From Candidatus Latescibacterota bacterium (GTDB lineage: Bacteria > Latescibacterota > UBA2968 > UBA8231): a stretch of DNA of 64,000 bases. The position numbers were made by a program, and so were the translations under genes. Numbering within the stretch: position 1 is the first letter of the stretch; every line of letters starts with the position of its first letter. This document shows, in pieces, positions 55,972 to 64,000 of the stretch. The stretch spans positions 1,280,001-1,344,000 of the forward strand of contig OZ242318.1 in the NCBI GenBank assembly GCA_965208105.1. Direction: 5' to 3'. The notes below the pieces were generated by a model. It was not told where the DNA came from and did no database searches. It saw only the letters and a list, made by a program, of their open reading frames with translations.

Positions 55972-58900
55972 TCAATAGTACTCCAGGAATTGCTGCTCCT
56001 GGACAAGGGCCAGCTTCAGCACCTTGACCCTGCCGATCTCCGGCATGGCGATGTGGGCGATGTAGAGGCCGCTGGCCACCGGCAATCCGCCGTCGTTGTT
56101 CAGATCCCAGCGCAGGAACTGGTCCGGATCGTTCTTCTCAAGGGTCCGCACAAGGGTGCCGTTCAGGTCGAAGATGCGTATCGTCGCCCTTTCGGGCAGG
56201 TGGCTGAAGGTCACGAAGTGAGCAAAGCGGCTGGTCTCGGCCGGGTTGACCCCGTAGTAGGGATTGGGAAACACGTTGATGCCCTCGACGTCCTCGCGGG
56301 CTCCGGCGAGGGAGTAGGTCCGCGCCGTGGTGGTGAACTGGAACTCGTCCTCGCCGATGACGATGACGCTGTCGTACTCAATGCGCAGCACGTCGCCGCG
56401 GGACCAGGTTGAGAGGCCGCCCTGGCGGAAGAAGAGGACCCAGGTGGCGTGAGGATCGGTGAAGTGGTGCACCCGGGTGGAGTCGTAATCGCTGGCAATC
56501 ACCGTGATGTAGTCGCGCCCGGCCATGTTGTAGGTCCCGTGATAGGCCGCGCTCCCGGCGTCGCGCGAACCGTCGGCGCCGCGGTCCTGGAAGGCCACGT
56601 TGAGCTGGCGGGGCCGGTCCGGGTCCTCCACGTCCCAGACTTCGAAGGGGATGCGCTGAAGGAAGGGTCCCGCGGCCGGCGCGCCGGTGGGCCGGAACGG
56701 ATGGGAGTTGATGTGGCGCTGCGCCGACCCCGCTTCGACCCCGGCCAGGGTGGCCACCGAGCCCGACGAGACTATCCCGGTCCTGTCCTCGTTCCACACC
56801 CCTGTGAAACGGAACTCCAGATCCAGGCCCAGGAGCATGGGGTCGCCGCTGCCGCCCCCTTCCCAGAAGGTCGAAGCGCGGCCGTCGGGCAAACCGAAGA
56901 GGGTTCCGTCACCCCACAGCTGCAGGTCGCCGTCCAGCGGGTCCGCGTCCACCACCAGCGCTGCGCTGCGATAGGTCGAGGGCGCCTCGAATACCGGATT
57001 CCCCACCCTCACCTGCACGCCGTCCACCGCCGGGCTGGAATCGTCCATGGAGTAGTTGCGCTGGTTGGCCAGGACCGCCCGGCCGTCGCGGTGCAGGTTC
57101 CAGGAGCGGTCGGGGTTGAAGGTGATGGTGTAGGTGGCGTCGACCAGGGCCTCCGGGAATACCACCAGGGGCTTGATGTCCACGTCGCCGCGGCCTTTGG
57201 ACTGAACCACCGAAATGTGCTCGTCCAGCCCCGCGCCTCCACGGGTTCCCGGACGCGGCGACTGGGGCACCACCTCGATCTTCTGCGGCACCGATTCGAC
57301 GAAAGTAACCAGGGCCTCGGGATCGGGGTTGTGGCTGTAGGCGGTGACAGCAAAATAGTAGGGCTGGCCGTTGAACAGGGAGCTCCGGCGCATGGCGTCG
57401 CGCCCGATGCGGGCTACCCGGCGCAGACCCGAGTCCGTGCCCTTCTGCCGGGGCAGGTTCACCACCTCCCCCGAGGCGGGGTCGAGCCGATTGCCCCAGA
57501 TGGTGGTCACGCCGTTGGCCAGGTCGTAGGTGGCGACCCTCCGGGCCTGGGAGAAGTCCGCCGCCTCGCCCGGGAACTGGTAGAGGTTGTAGCCTTCGAA
57601 GTGGAAGGGCGGATGCACTCCCTCCTCGGTGGCGCGCACGGCCTCGATATCGTATCCCCAGTCGAGCACGACAACCCCATCGCCCCCGTGGGCCCGCACC
57701 CTCGGCGCCGCCGGAGGAGGAGAGATGGAGAAGTGATTGTCGTAGGCGTCCTGGACCAGGCGGTCGGTGAATTTGAGCTGGGCGATGCTGCCCAGGTGGT
57801 CGCTGCCGATGCCGCCCAATAGTGCCACCACCACCTCCTGGGTATCGCCCAGGGCCATGGTGAATGGACCGGTGTTGAGCACGATGCGGCGGTCTCCGGG
57901 GGGCAGCGGGACGCCGTCGGTCCATCCCTCGCCGCTCAGCGGGTCCCCGTCCAGGGCGAAGAAGGTGTCCTCGCCGCTCAGCGGGTTGGTGTAGGGGGCT
58001 GGGTTGCGCGTATCGGGCTGAGGCTGGTACCCGCGCAGCAGGTTGTACCACTCCAGGGAGCCCACGTACTCCCCGAGGGCGGGATCGTCGATGGCGCTGC
58101 CGGCGGCGAAGTAGGCGAAGGAGGTCATGGGCAGGTTGCGGTAGCCGGGGCGGCGGCGGAAGTCGAAGACCGCCTCGGCCCCGGCCTCGGGAACGACGGG
58201 CCCCTGCAGGAAGTCGTAGCCGACCGCCGGCGGAGCCAGGTCGAATTTCTCGAAGTGGCTGTCTTCCCCTGCGGCGTTGTAGCTGTATCCCAGGCTGAGC
58301 TCCACGTCGCACCCGGCGAAGTCGTCGCCGAAATCCCCCAGGTCCGGATCGGACCACTGGGAAAAGTACATGTCCTCGATGACCGCGTCGTCAGGCGTAT
58401 CCGCGGTGCCCTTGTATATGACCCGGAACTTCCGCAATACCACGTCGCCCAGGGGGTCGGTGCGGGCGTATGCCCACAGGGTGGTCTGCACCTCCAGGCC
58501 GATGGGCGCCGACCCGTAGAGCGAGGCGGTGGCGCCCGGGTCCAGGTCGTTGACCACGTACCAGGCCACCTGGTCGGCAGGGCCGGAGCATCGCTCCGGG
58601 TGGCGGCGGCAGTCGGCATGGCGATAGGAGGGCTCGTCCACGGAGGGGTCGTACGCCCCGTTGCCGTCGCGGTCGAAAAATGGCGCCCCCTTGAGCCAGG
58701 GCCACTCCTGCCAGTCCCGGGCGTAGTGGTCGCGCAGGCGCTCCACGTCCCCGTCGTCCACCTCCTCCAGGTCCTTGCCGTAAAGCTCGGCGGCGTCCTG
58801 CCTGAGGTCCGCCGCGGCGTAGTCGCGGCGCACCCGGTAGATGCGCACGCCGGGATCGGCCGGATCCTCCGCCACCCCCCTCGAGAGGATGCGCCCGGGC

Positions 58901-59253
58901 ACGGTGCCGGCGCTGAAGGTCTGCCCGCCCACGCGCACGCTCTGGCCGCCGCCGTCGAGAACGCGCCCGCCCCAGACCAGGCCGTCCTGGAAGATCACCT
59001 GCCCGGTGGAGCGCGGAAAGGTCACCCCGGAGTTGTTGGTCCGGGGATTGCGGCCGGACCAGCCGTCGCGCCTGAACCAAAGGGAAAAATTGTTGATGTT
59101 GAGCAGCGAGCGCTCTCCCAGGACGGCCTCCTGAAGGGGTTTCGCCGCCGGGGGCGGGTGGGCGCCGTCGCTGCCGGCGGCTGCCCCGACCGATGCCAGG
59201 ACCAGCACCGCCGCCAGTCCCAGACGAGGCTCGGCGAGGATCCCCTTCATCAC
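55972..59253 (-). CDS. large secreted protein with a T9SS type-A-like C-terminal sorting domain, paralog B
   Basis: Signal peptide; long blocks shared with paralog A (GERSLLNINN, QWSDPDLGD, GDRRIVLNTGPF); CTD INVFPNPY...QEQQFLEYY. Confidence 0.85.
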   Translation of the reverse strand: MMKGILAEPRLGLAAVLVLASVGAAAGSDGAHPPPAAKPLQEAVLGERSLLNINNFSLWFRRDGWSGRNPRTNNSGVTFPRSTGQVIFQDGLVWGGRVLDGGGQSVRVGGQTFSAGTVPGRILSRGVAEDPADPGVRIYRVRRDYAAADLRQDAAELYGKDLEEVDDGDVERLRDHYARDWQEWPWLKGAPFFDRDGNGAYDPSVDEPSYRHADCRRHPERCSGPADQVAWYVVNDLDPGATASLYGSAPIGLEVQTTLWAYARTDPLGDVVLRKFRVIYKGTADTPDDAVIEDMYFSQWSDPDLGDFGDDFAGCDVELSLGYSYNAAGEDSHFEKFDLAPPAVGYDFLQGPVVPEAGAEAVFDFRRRPGYRNLPMTSFAYFAAGSAIDDPALGEYVGSLEWYNLLRGYQPQPDTRNPAPYTNPLSGEDTFFALDGDPLSGEGWTDGVPLPPGDRRIVLNTGPFTMALGDTQEVVVALLGGIGSDHLGSIAQLKFTDRLVQDAYDNHFSISPPPAAPRVRAHGGDGVVVLDWGYDIEAVRATEEGVHPPFHFEGYNLYQFPGEAADFSQARRVATYDLANGVTTIWGNRLDPASGEVVNLPRQKGTDSGLRRVARIGRDAMRRSSLFNGQPYYFAVTAYSHNPDPEALVTFVESVPQKIEVVPQSPRPGTRGGAGLDEHISVVQSKGRGDVDIKPLVVFPEALVDATYTITFNPDRSWNLHRDGRAVLANQRNYSMDDSSPAVDGVQVRVGNPVFEAPSTYRSAALVVDADPLDGDLQLWGDGTLFGLPDGRASTFWEGGGSGDPMLLGLDLEFRFTGVWNEDRTGIVSSGSVATLAGVEAGSAQRHINSHPFRPTGAPAAGPFLQRIPFEVWDVEDPDRPRQLNVAFQDRGADGSRDAGSAAYHGTYNMAGRDYITVIASDYDSTRVHHFTDPHATWVLFFRQGGLSTWSRGDVLRIEYDSVIVIGEDEFQFTTTARTYSLAGAREDVEGINVFPNPYYGVNPAETSRFAHFVTFSHLPERATIRIFDLNGTLVRTLEKNDPDQFLRWDLNNDGGLPVASGLYIAHIAMPEIGRVKVLKLALVQEQQFLEYY

Positions 59254-62200
59254 CTACAGTCCCACCTTTACCCCGAACCTGATGCGCCGGGGCTCGTCGT
59301 AGAGATCACCCCCCGAGGTGAACCAGTAGTGCTGCCGGTTGGCCAGATTGATCGCCTCGTAGAGGTCGCGGTAGACCTGGCCGCCGTGGGCTTCCACCAC
59401 CTGTGAGCTCAGGTCCTTGTCGCTCAGAAACCCGTCGTCGCCGGCGTTGCCCGTGCGCCCGTAGACGTTGACCACGTTCCTGCGGTTGAAAAGGTTCTGC
59501 ACGTAGACGAAGACCTGGGCGCCGGCGTTGAAGAGGGTGAAGCCTTTGTCCACCCCGAGGTCGACCTGCAGTCTCCAGGGCGTTGTGGAGCTGTTGATGG
59601 CCTCCAGGGGTCTGCGCTGGCGCGGGTCGTCGGCGGCGAGGATGGCGCCCAGCTCCGGACCGCGCTGGCCGATGCTGCCCTCCACCAGAGTGAAGTTGTG
59701 GCCGCTGCTGAACTGCAGCAGCAGGTTGGCCCCCGTGCGGCGCAACAGCGCCAACCCGGAATCCTGCCCGAGGCGGTAGTCCAGGTGGACGTTGCCGCGG
59801 TGGGTCTCGTTGAAGTCAAGGGGAGCGACCACCGTGGGCAGGACCGCATCGTTCTCCACCGCCGCGATGGCGGAGTTGTGCGCCGAACCGGTGCCGCGGG
59901 CGGCGGACAGGGTGTAGTTGAGCACCGCCCGCAAGCCCCGCGTTCGCCGCAGCCTGAACACCATCTCCAGGCCCCTGACGGTGGCGAAGTCCCCGTTCTG
60001 CAGATAGTTGTAGGCCCCGGCATCCACCGCCGCCAGTGATATGTCCTGCCTGCGCACCTGCAGCTGGCCCCTGACATCGCGGTAGAAGCCGGTGAGGTCG
60101 AAAGCGGCGGAGCCGCCGAACTGGTTCTCGAAGCCGATCTCGTACTGGGTGGTGCGCACGGGCTCCACGTCGAACGCGGTTGGCGAGGCGATGAAGTGGC
60201 TGCCGGACAATTCAAGGGACAAGGCGGCGCCGCCCGTGAACATGTCGCGCAGCCGGGGCATCTGCACGAAACGTCCGTACTGGACGTGGAAGGCGGTGCG
60301 GTCCGAGACCGGAAAGGAAAGGCCCAGGCGCGGACTCAAGCGGTGGAATCTGCGCGTCCTGCGCATGGAGGCCGGGTCGATGGTGACGGCCTCGGCGTCG
60401 CGCACCGGAGCCGTGGGATCCCTGAAGCGCCAGCTGTCCACGTCGAAATAATCATAGCGCAGGCCGGCGTTGACGATGAGGTCGTTGTATTCAACCTTGT
60501 CCTGGAGGTAGGCCGCCGCAACCACGGGACGGCGCGGCGCCTCCAGGCCCGAGCCATCGCGGCGGCGGCCGAACTCGTCGAACCCGTAGAAGTCCGCCTG
60601 GCTGTTGCGGCGCACCAGCTTTCTGAAATCCTCCAGGTCCCCTTCCCCCGGAGGCGCCGCCGAGGCGGCCGCGATCATCTCGCCGAGGATCTCCCCCGCG
60701 CCGATCTCGCCGCCGTAGTAGCGCCGGTAGACCTCCTCGAGATGCGGGTGGTCCGCGGCGATGGCGGCGCGCAGGGAGCGCAGCAGGACCAGGTAGCGCC
60801 GGGAGGTCCAGCGCTGGTAGTCGAAGCCGAGCTTGAGCTGGTGGACCCGGGTCTGCTTGACCAGGCTGCCGGCCAGGCCCCAGTACTGGTCCTCCTCCTC
60901 GAAGAAGAAGCTTGCGTCCGAGATTCCGTTGGCAAACGAGGTGGGGGCCCCGAAGCGGTTGAACGGAAAGCCGTGCAGGTCGTAGGGACGGGGCGCCACC
61001 CCCTGGCGGAAGTAGGGGACGAAAGCCTTGCCCTCCGCGGCGACCGCGGCGCTGTCGTTGTAGACCCAGAAGTGGTCCTCGAAGATGGGGTCGGCGGATT
61101 TGCGGCCCTGGTTGTAGCGGGTGAGGCTCAGCTGGTAGAACAGGGAGGGATCGAGAAGGTGGGTCGCCTGGGCCCGCATCAGCGCCGAGACGCTGGTTGT
61201 CCGCGGCAGGCGCTCCTGGTTGAGGACGTTGCGCACGGGGGCGGGGTTGAGCTTCAGCTCCTCCTCGGAGTAGAGGCCGGTGCAGCGCACCTGGAAAGGG
61301 TGATAGTCGAAGAGCAGGGTTCCGTTGAAGATCAGGGCCTCGCGGCCGGAGTGATCGATGTTGCCGGGGCGCACCCTCAAAACCCGCACAGAGTCGGGAA
61401 GGCCGGCGGCCCCCCAGTGGAGACTGCCGCCGCGGTCGCCGCTGTCGGCGAGGCCGGCGAACTCGAAGCCGTCCCAGAAAACCGGCCTCGAATCGCGGGC
61501 GCGGCGCTGGCCGGCGGCGAATAGGCGGACGCGGCGCTGGCCGGCCAAGGGCCCGCTCAGGGTCAGCACCTGGTTGCTGTAGCCGTAGGAGAAGGTCCCC
61601 AGGCGCTCCCTGTACTTACCGGTGAAGCGGTCGCTCTCGGCGAGAAAGCCCACGTCCCAGCGCGGCCCGCCGGTGCGCAGCTCCTGCAGCACGATGCCGC
61701 CATTGGCGCCGCCGTACTCGGCGTTGAAGCCGCCGGCCTGCAACTGGACCTCGGCGAGGGCTTCGTCGATGAGCTCCACAGCGCTGAAGCCGGTGACGAT
61801 GTTGCGCACGTTGGCGCCCTCGACGTAGTAACCGATCTCGTCGCTGCGCGAACCGCGCACGTGGAATCGCCCCTGCTCCTCCACCATGCCGGTCTGCAGC
61901 CCCAGGACGTTGTGCACTCCCCTCAGGGGAAGAACCTCCAGGTCTGCGCCCTCCAGAATGCGCACGGCGTTGGTGGCGTTCTTGTCGATCAGGGGCCGTT
62001 CAGCCCTTACCACCACCTCTCCGACCTGGACGCCGGCCGCCTCCAGGACCACCTCCAGGCGGGTGGTCAGATCGGCGGACACGCGCACGTCCTCGAGGGT
62101 GCAGGGGGCGTAGCCGACGTAGGTGATTTTGAGGGTGTAGACGCCGGGTGGGATGTTCAGTATGAAGAATCTGCCCTCCGCGTCGGCGGCGGCGCCCCAG

Positions 62201-62367
62201 CGGGTAGACGCCAGGACCACGTTGGCGGCAGGCAGGGGCGCGCCGCTGCCGGCGTCCCGCACCACGCCGGCGATCTTGCCCGTGGCCGCGTGGGACGCGG
62301 GGCAGCTCAGCGCCAGAAGCAGCCCCACACGGCCCATAACGGCGCCTGCTGAACGCCCCTTGAACAT
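59254..62367 (-). CDS. TonB-dependent receptor, paralog B
   Basis: Same architecture and motifs as 52663-55803 (AERPLIDKNATNAVRI, GGFNAEYGGAN, SPRLGLSFP); stop abuts the start of the next gene. Confidence 0.92.
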   Translation of the reverse strand: MFKGRSAGAVMGRVGLLLALSCPASHAATGKIAGVVRDAGSGAPLPAANVVLASTRWGAAADAEGRFFILNIPPGVYTLKITYVGYAPCTLEDVRVSADLTTRLEVVLEAAGVQVGEVVVRAERPLIDKNATNAVRILEGADLEVLPLRGVHNVLGLQTGMVEEQGRFHVRGSRSDEIGYYVEGANVRNIVTGFSAVELIDEALAEVQLQAGGFNAEYGGANGGIVLQELRTGGPRWDVGFLAESDRFTGKYRERLGTFSYGYSNQVLTLSGPLAGQRRVRLFAAGQRRARDSRPVFWDGFEFAGLADSGDRGGSLHWGAAGLPDSVRVLRVRPGNIDHSGREALIFNGTLLFDYHPFQVRCTGLYSEEELKLNPAPVRNVLNQERLPRTTSVSALMRAQATHLLDPSLFYQLSLTRYNQGRKSADPIFEDHFWVYNDSAAVAAEGKAFVPYFRQGVAPRPYDLHGFPFNRFGAPTSFANGISDASFFFEEEDQYWGLAGSLVKQTRVHQLKLGFDYQRWTSRRYLVLLRSLRAAIAADHPHLEEVYRRYYGGEIGAGEILGEMIAAASAAPPGEGDLEDFRKLVRRNSQADFYGFDEFGRRRDGSGLEAPRRPVVAAAYLQDKVEYNDLIVNAGLRYDYFDVDSWRFRDPTAPVRDAEAVTIDPASMRRTRRFHRLSPRLGLSFPVSDRTAFHVQYGRFVQMPRLRDMFTGGAALSLELSGSHFIASPTAFDVEPVRTTQYEIGFENQFGGSAAFDLTGFYRDVRGQLQVRRQDISLAAVDAGAYNYLQNGDFATVRGLEMVFRLRRTRGLRAVLNYTLSAARGTGSAHNSAIAAVENDAVLPTVVAPLDFNETHRGNVHLDYRLGQDSGLALLRRTGANLLLQFSSGHNFTLVEGSIGQRGPELGAILAADDPRQRRPLEAINSSTTPWRLQVDLGVDKGFTLFNAGAQVFVYVQNLFNRRNVVNVYGRTGNAGDDGFLSDKDLSSQVVEAHGGQVYRDLYEAINLANRQHYWFTSGGDLYDEPRRIRFGVKVGL

Positions 62368-62488
62368 GGTCCTTCACTCCCAGGTTACAAGCGCAGAATA
62401 TAAAGCCCGGCGGGGTCGGCGCAATTGAGCCGCCGCCATGCTCCGGGAGGTTGCCGGCTCCCGGTCCCGAGCCGGCTCCTGCCCCGCG

Positions 62489-62517
62489 TTGACATGGTCC
62501 GGGGCCCTGGTTAAGAT
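62489..62517 (+). promoter_or_regulatory. sigma70-type promoter
   Basis: TTGACA-N17-TAAGAT, 35 bp upstream of the lipoprotein gene. Confidence 0.7.
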
Positions 62518-62551
62518 GTTGAAACTCCTCCTCTGACGAAAACGCACCCAT

Positions 62552-63415
62552 ATGCCTCGAACCCTGTCTGCCCTGGCCATCCCGGCCATACTTGCGCTTG
62601 CCTCCTGCGGCGGCGACGCCGGGCCCAACCCGCTCCCCGAACTGCCCTGCGGCGGCGAAGCCGCGGCGGCTTCCCGAAACAACGCCGCTCCCGTCCTCCT
62701 TTCCACCGCGGCGCCGGAGGTCCTCGTTTCCGGCAGCGGGCCCACCCTCTTTTCCGCCATGGTGCAGGACGGCGACGCCATCGCCGACGTCCCCGCCGTG
62801 GTCATGAACCTGAAGCGGCAAAACGAGGTGGTGGGCAGCGAATGTCTGCCGCTGCAGCAGGCCTCCGGCGACAGCGGCCGCTTCGGAGCCCTCCTGGACT
62901 CGACCCTCGCCGCCGGCCTCATGGGGGATTATCTCCTCGAGTTCCAGGCATTCGACCGGAGCAACACAGCGTCGAACCTGCTGACCAGGAACATCTTTCT
63001 GGAAAACCTGGCGCCCATCCCGTTCGATCCCGAAGCCCCCGACACGGTGCAGCGCCAGATCGGCGTTCCCGTCCAGGTGCGGCTCTCGGTGGCCGACCCC
63101 CAGGGCTACGGCGACATCGACTCGGTCTACTTCAAGTTCCTGAAGCCCGACGGAACCTTCGGGGGAGACAGCCCCGATCCCAACAACGAGGAACGGATGT
63201 ACAAGGAAGGAGGGTTCCACTTCCTCCTCTTCGACGACGGCAATCCCGAGATCGGCGACGAGAAGGCCGGGGACGGACGCTTCTCATGGAGCTTTCCGGT
63301 GGAATCGGGCGCCATGCTCGGACCCTACACCTTCATCTTCTACTCGCGCGACAGGGCCGGCAACCTGTCTGCCGCCCTCACCGATTCCTTCGAGCTGGTC
63401 CCCTTCGGCAGGTAA
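62552..63415 (+). CDS. lipoprotein with two Ig-like repeats and a choice-of-anchor-X-like acidic motif
   Basis: Lipobox LASC; repeats ending AFDRSNTASN and SRDRAGNLS; LFDDG..GDEKAGDGRFS. Confidence 0.75.
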   Translation: MPRTLSALAIPAILALASCGGDAGPNPLPELPCGGEAAAASRNNAAPVLLSTAAPEVLVSGSGPTLFSAMVQDGDAIADVPAVVMNLKRQNEVVGSECLPLQQASGDSGRFGALLDSTLAAGLMGDYLLEFQAFDRSNTASNLLTRNIFLENLAPIPFDPEAPDTVQRQIGVPVQVRLSVADPQGYGDIDSVYFKFLKPDGTFGGDSPDPNNEERMYKEGGFHFLLFDDGNPEIGDEKAGDGRFSWSFPVESGAMLGPYTFIFYSRDRAGNLSAALTDSFELVPFGR

Positions 63416-63533
63416 AACCCGGCAGTGCCGCCCGAGAAGGCCACGACCCGCCCAGGGAAGCCGGCTTGCCCCGGCAGCTGGATTCTGCCCCACCGTCCCG
63501 CCACCCTCGCGGGGAATGCGGACCGGCTTCCCC

Positions 63534-64000
63534 TCAAGAGCCGAACCGGTGCTTCAGGGTGAGGCCCAGGTTCCAGCCATGGGCGGCATCGAAGGTGGTC
63601 TGATTGGTGAAGGGGGGATCTCCCTCTTTTTGCATTGGGTGCCGGGCATAGGTCCCGGTGTCCTCGATCTTTCCGACCCGGGAGTATGTCAGCCTGGCGC
63701 CCAGCAGGATGCGCTCGTTCAGGGCCCAATCGGCGCCGGCGTGGAGCCTGATCACCGCAACCGTGTCGGAGTGATCGACATCCTGCCGGCTGTTGTAGTA
63801 GGACAGGGGCGGATCGTAGACCGGGGGCGACTCCGAGGTATCCTGGTAATCGTTGGAGTAAAGCAGGTCGCTGACCTCGACGAAGGCCGTCCCCAGCCCG
63901 GCGCCGAGGTATGGGGTGAGGACGCGCGCTGCACGGAAGTCTCTGTAGAGGTTCAGCGCCAGAACGCGGGTGGTGAGGTAGCCGATGGAAGCCACGTCGT
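63534..64000 (-). CDS. outer-membrane beta-barrel protein (5' part outside the window)
   Basis: LALNLYRDF, TPYLGAGLG, LHAGADWAL, LGLTLKHRF: strands typical of small 8-stranded barrels. Confidence 0.75.
   Translation of the reverse strand, partial: DVASIGYLTTRVLALNLYRDFRAARVLTPYLGAGLGTAFVEVSDLLYSNDYQDTSESPPVYDPPLSYYNSRQDVDHSDTVAVIRLHAGADWALNERILLGARLTYSRVGKIEDTGTYARHPMQKEGDPPFTNQTTFDAAHGWNLGLTLKHRFGS

Overview
GC-rich, gene-dense bacterial window. The TonB-dependent receptors, T9SS-type C-terminal domains, PorV-like barrel and Na+-NQR suggest a probably marine member of the FCB group outside core Bacteroidota, such as a Latescibacterota-like lineage (inference, not tested). The left 34 kb is an energy and cofactor cluster: a pyruvate dehydrogenase operon with two full aceE genes, panB plus an amino acid:cation symporter, biotin genes (bioF, bioH-like, bioD, bioA, inverted bioB), nqrA-F plus nqrM, and a complete F1Fo ATP synthase operon whose composition and F1 motifs look foreign. 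The middle holds a polyprenyl synthase, an orphan ECF sigma factor, a SEC-C protein, rmlC, a PRTase, smc and small catabolic genes. The right 16 kb is the best candidate for an undescribed system: a tandem-duplicated pair of TonB-dependent receptor plus ~1100-aa T9SS-sorted protein, ending in one PorV/PorQ-like barrel. Five intergenic MITE-like elements (four of ~160-175 bp, one truncated) share one structured core but have different ends. No tRNA, rRNA, CRISPR array or transposase was seen.
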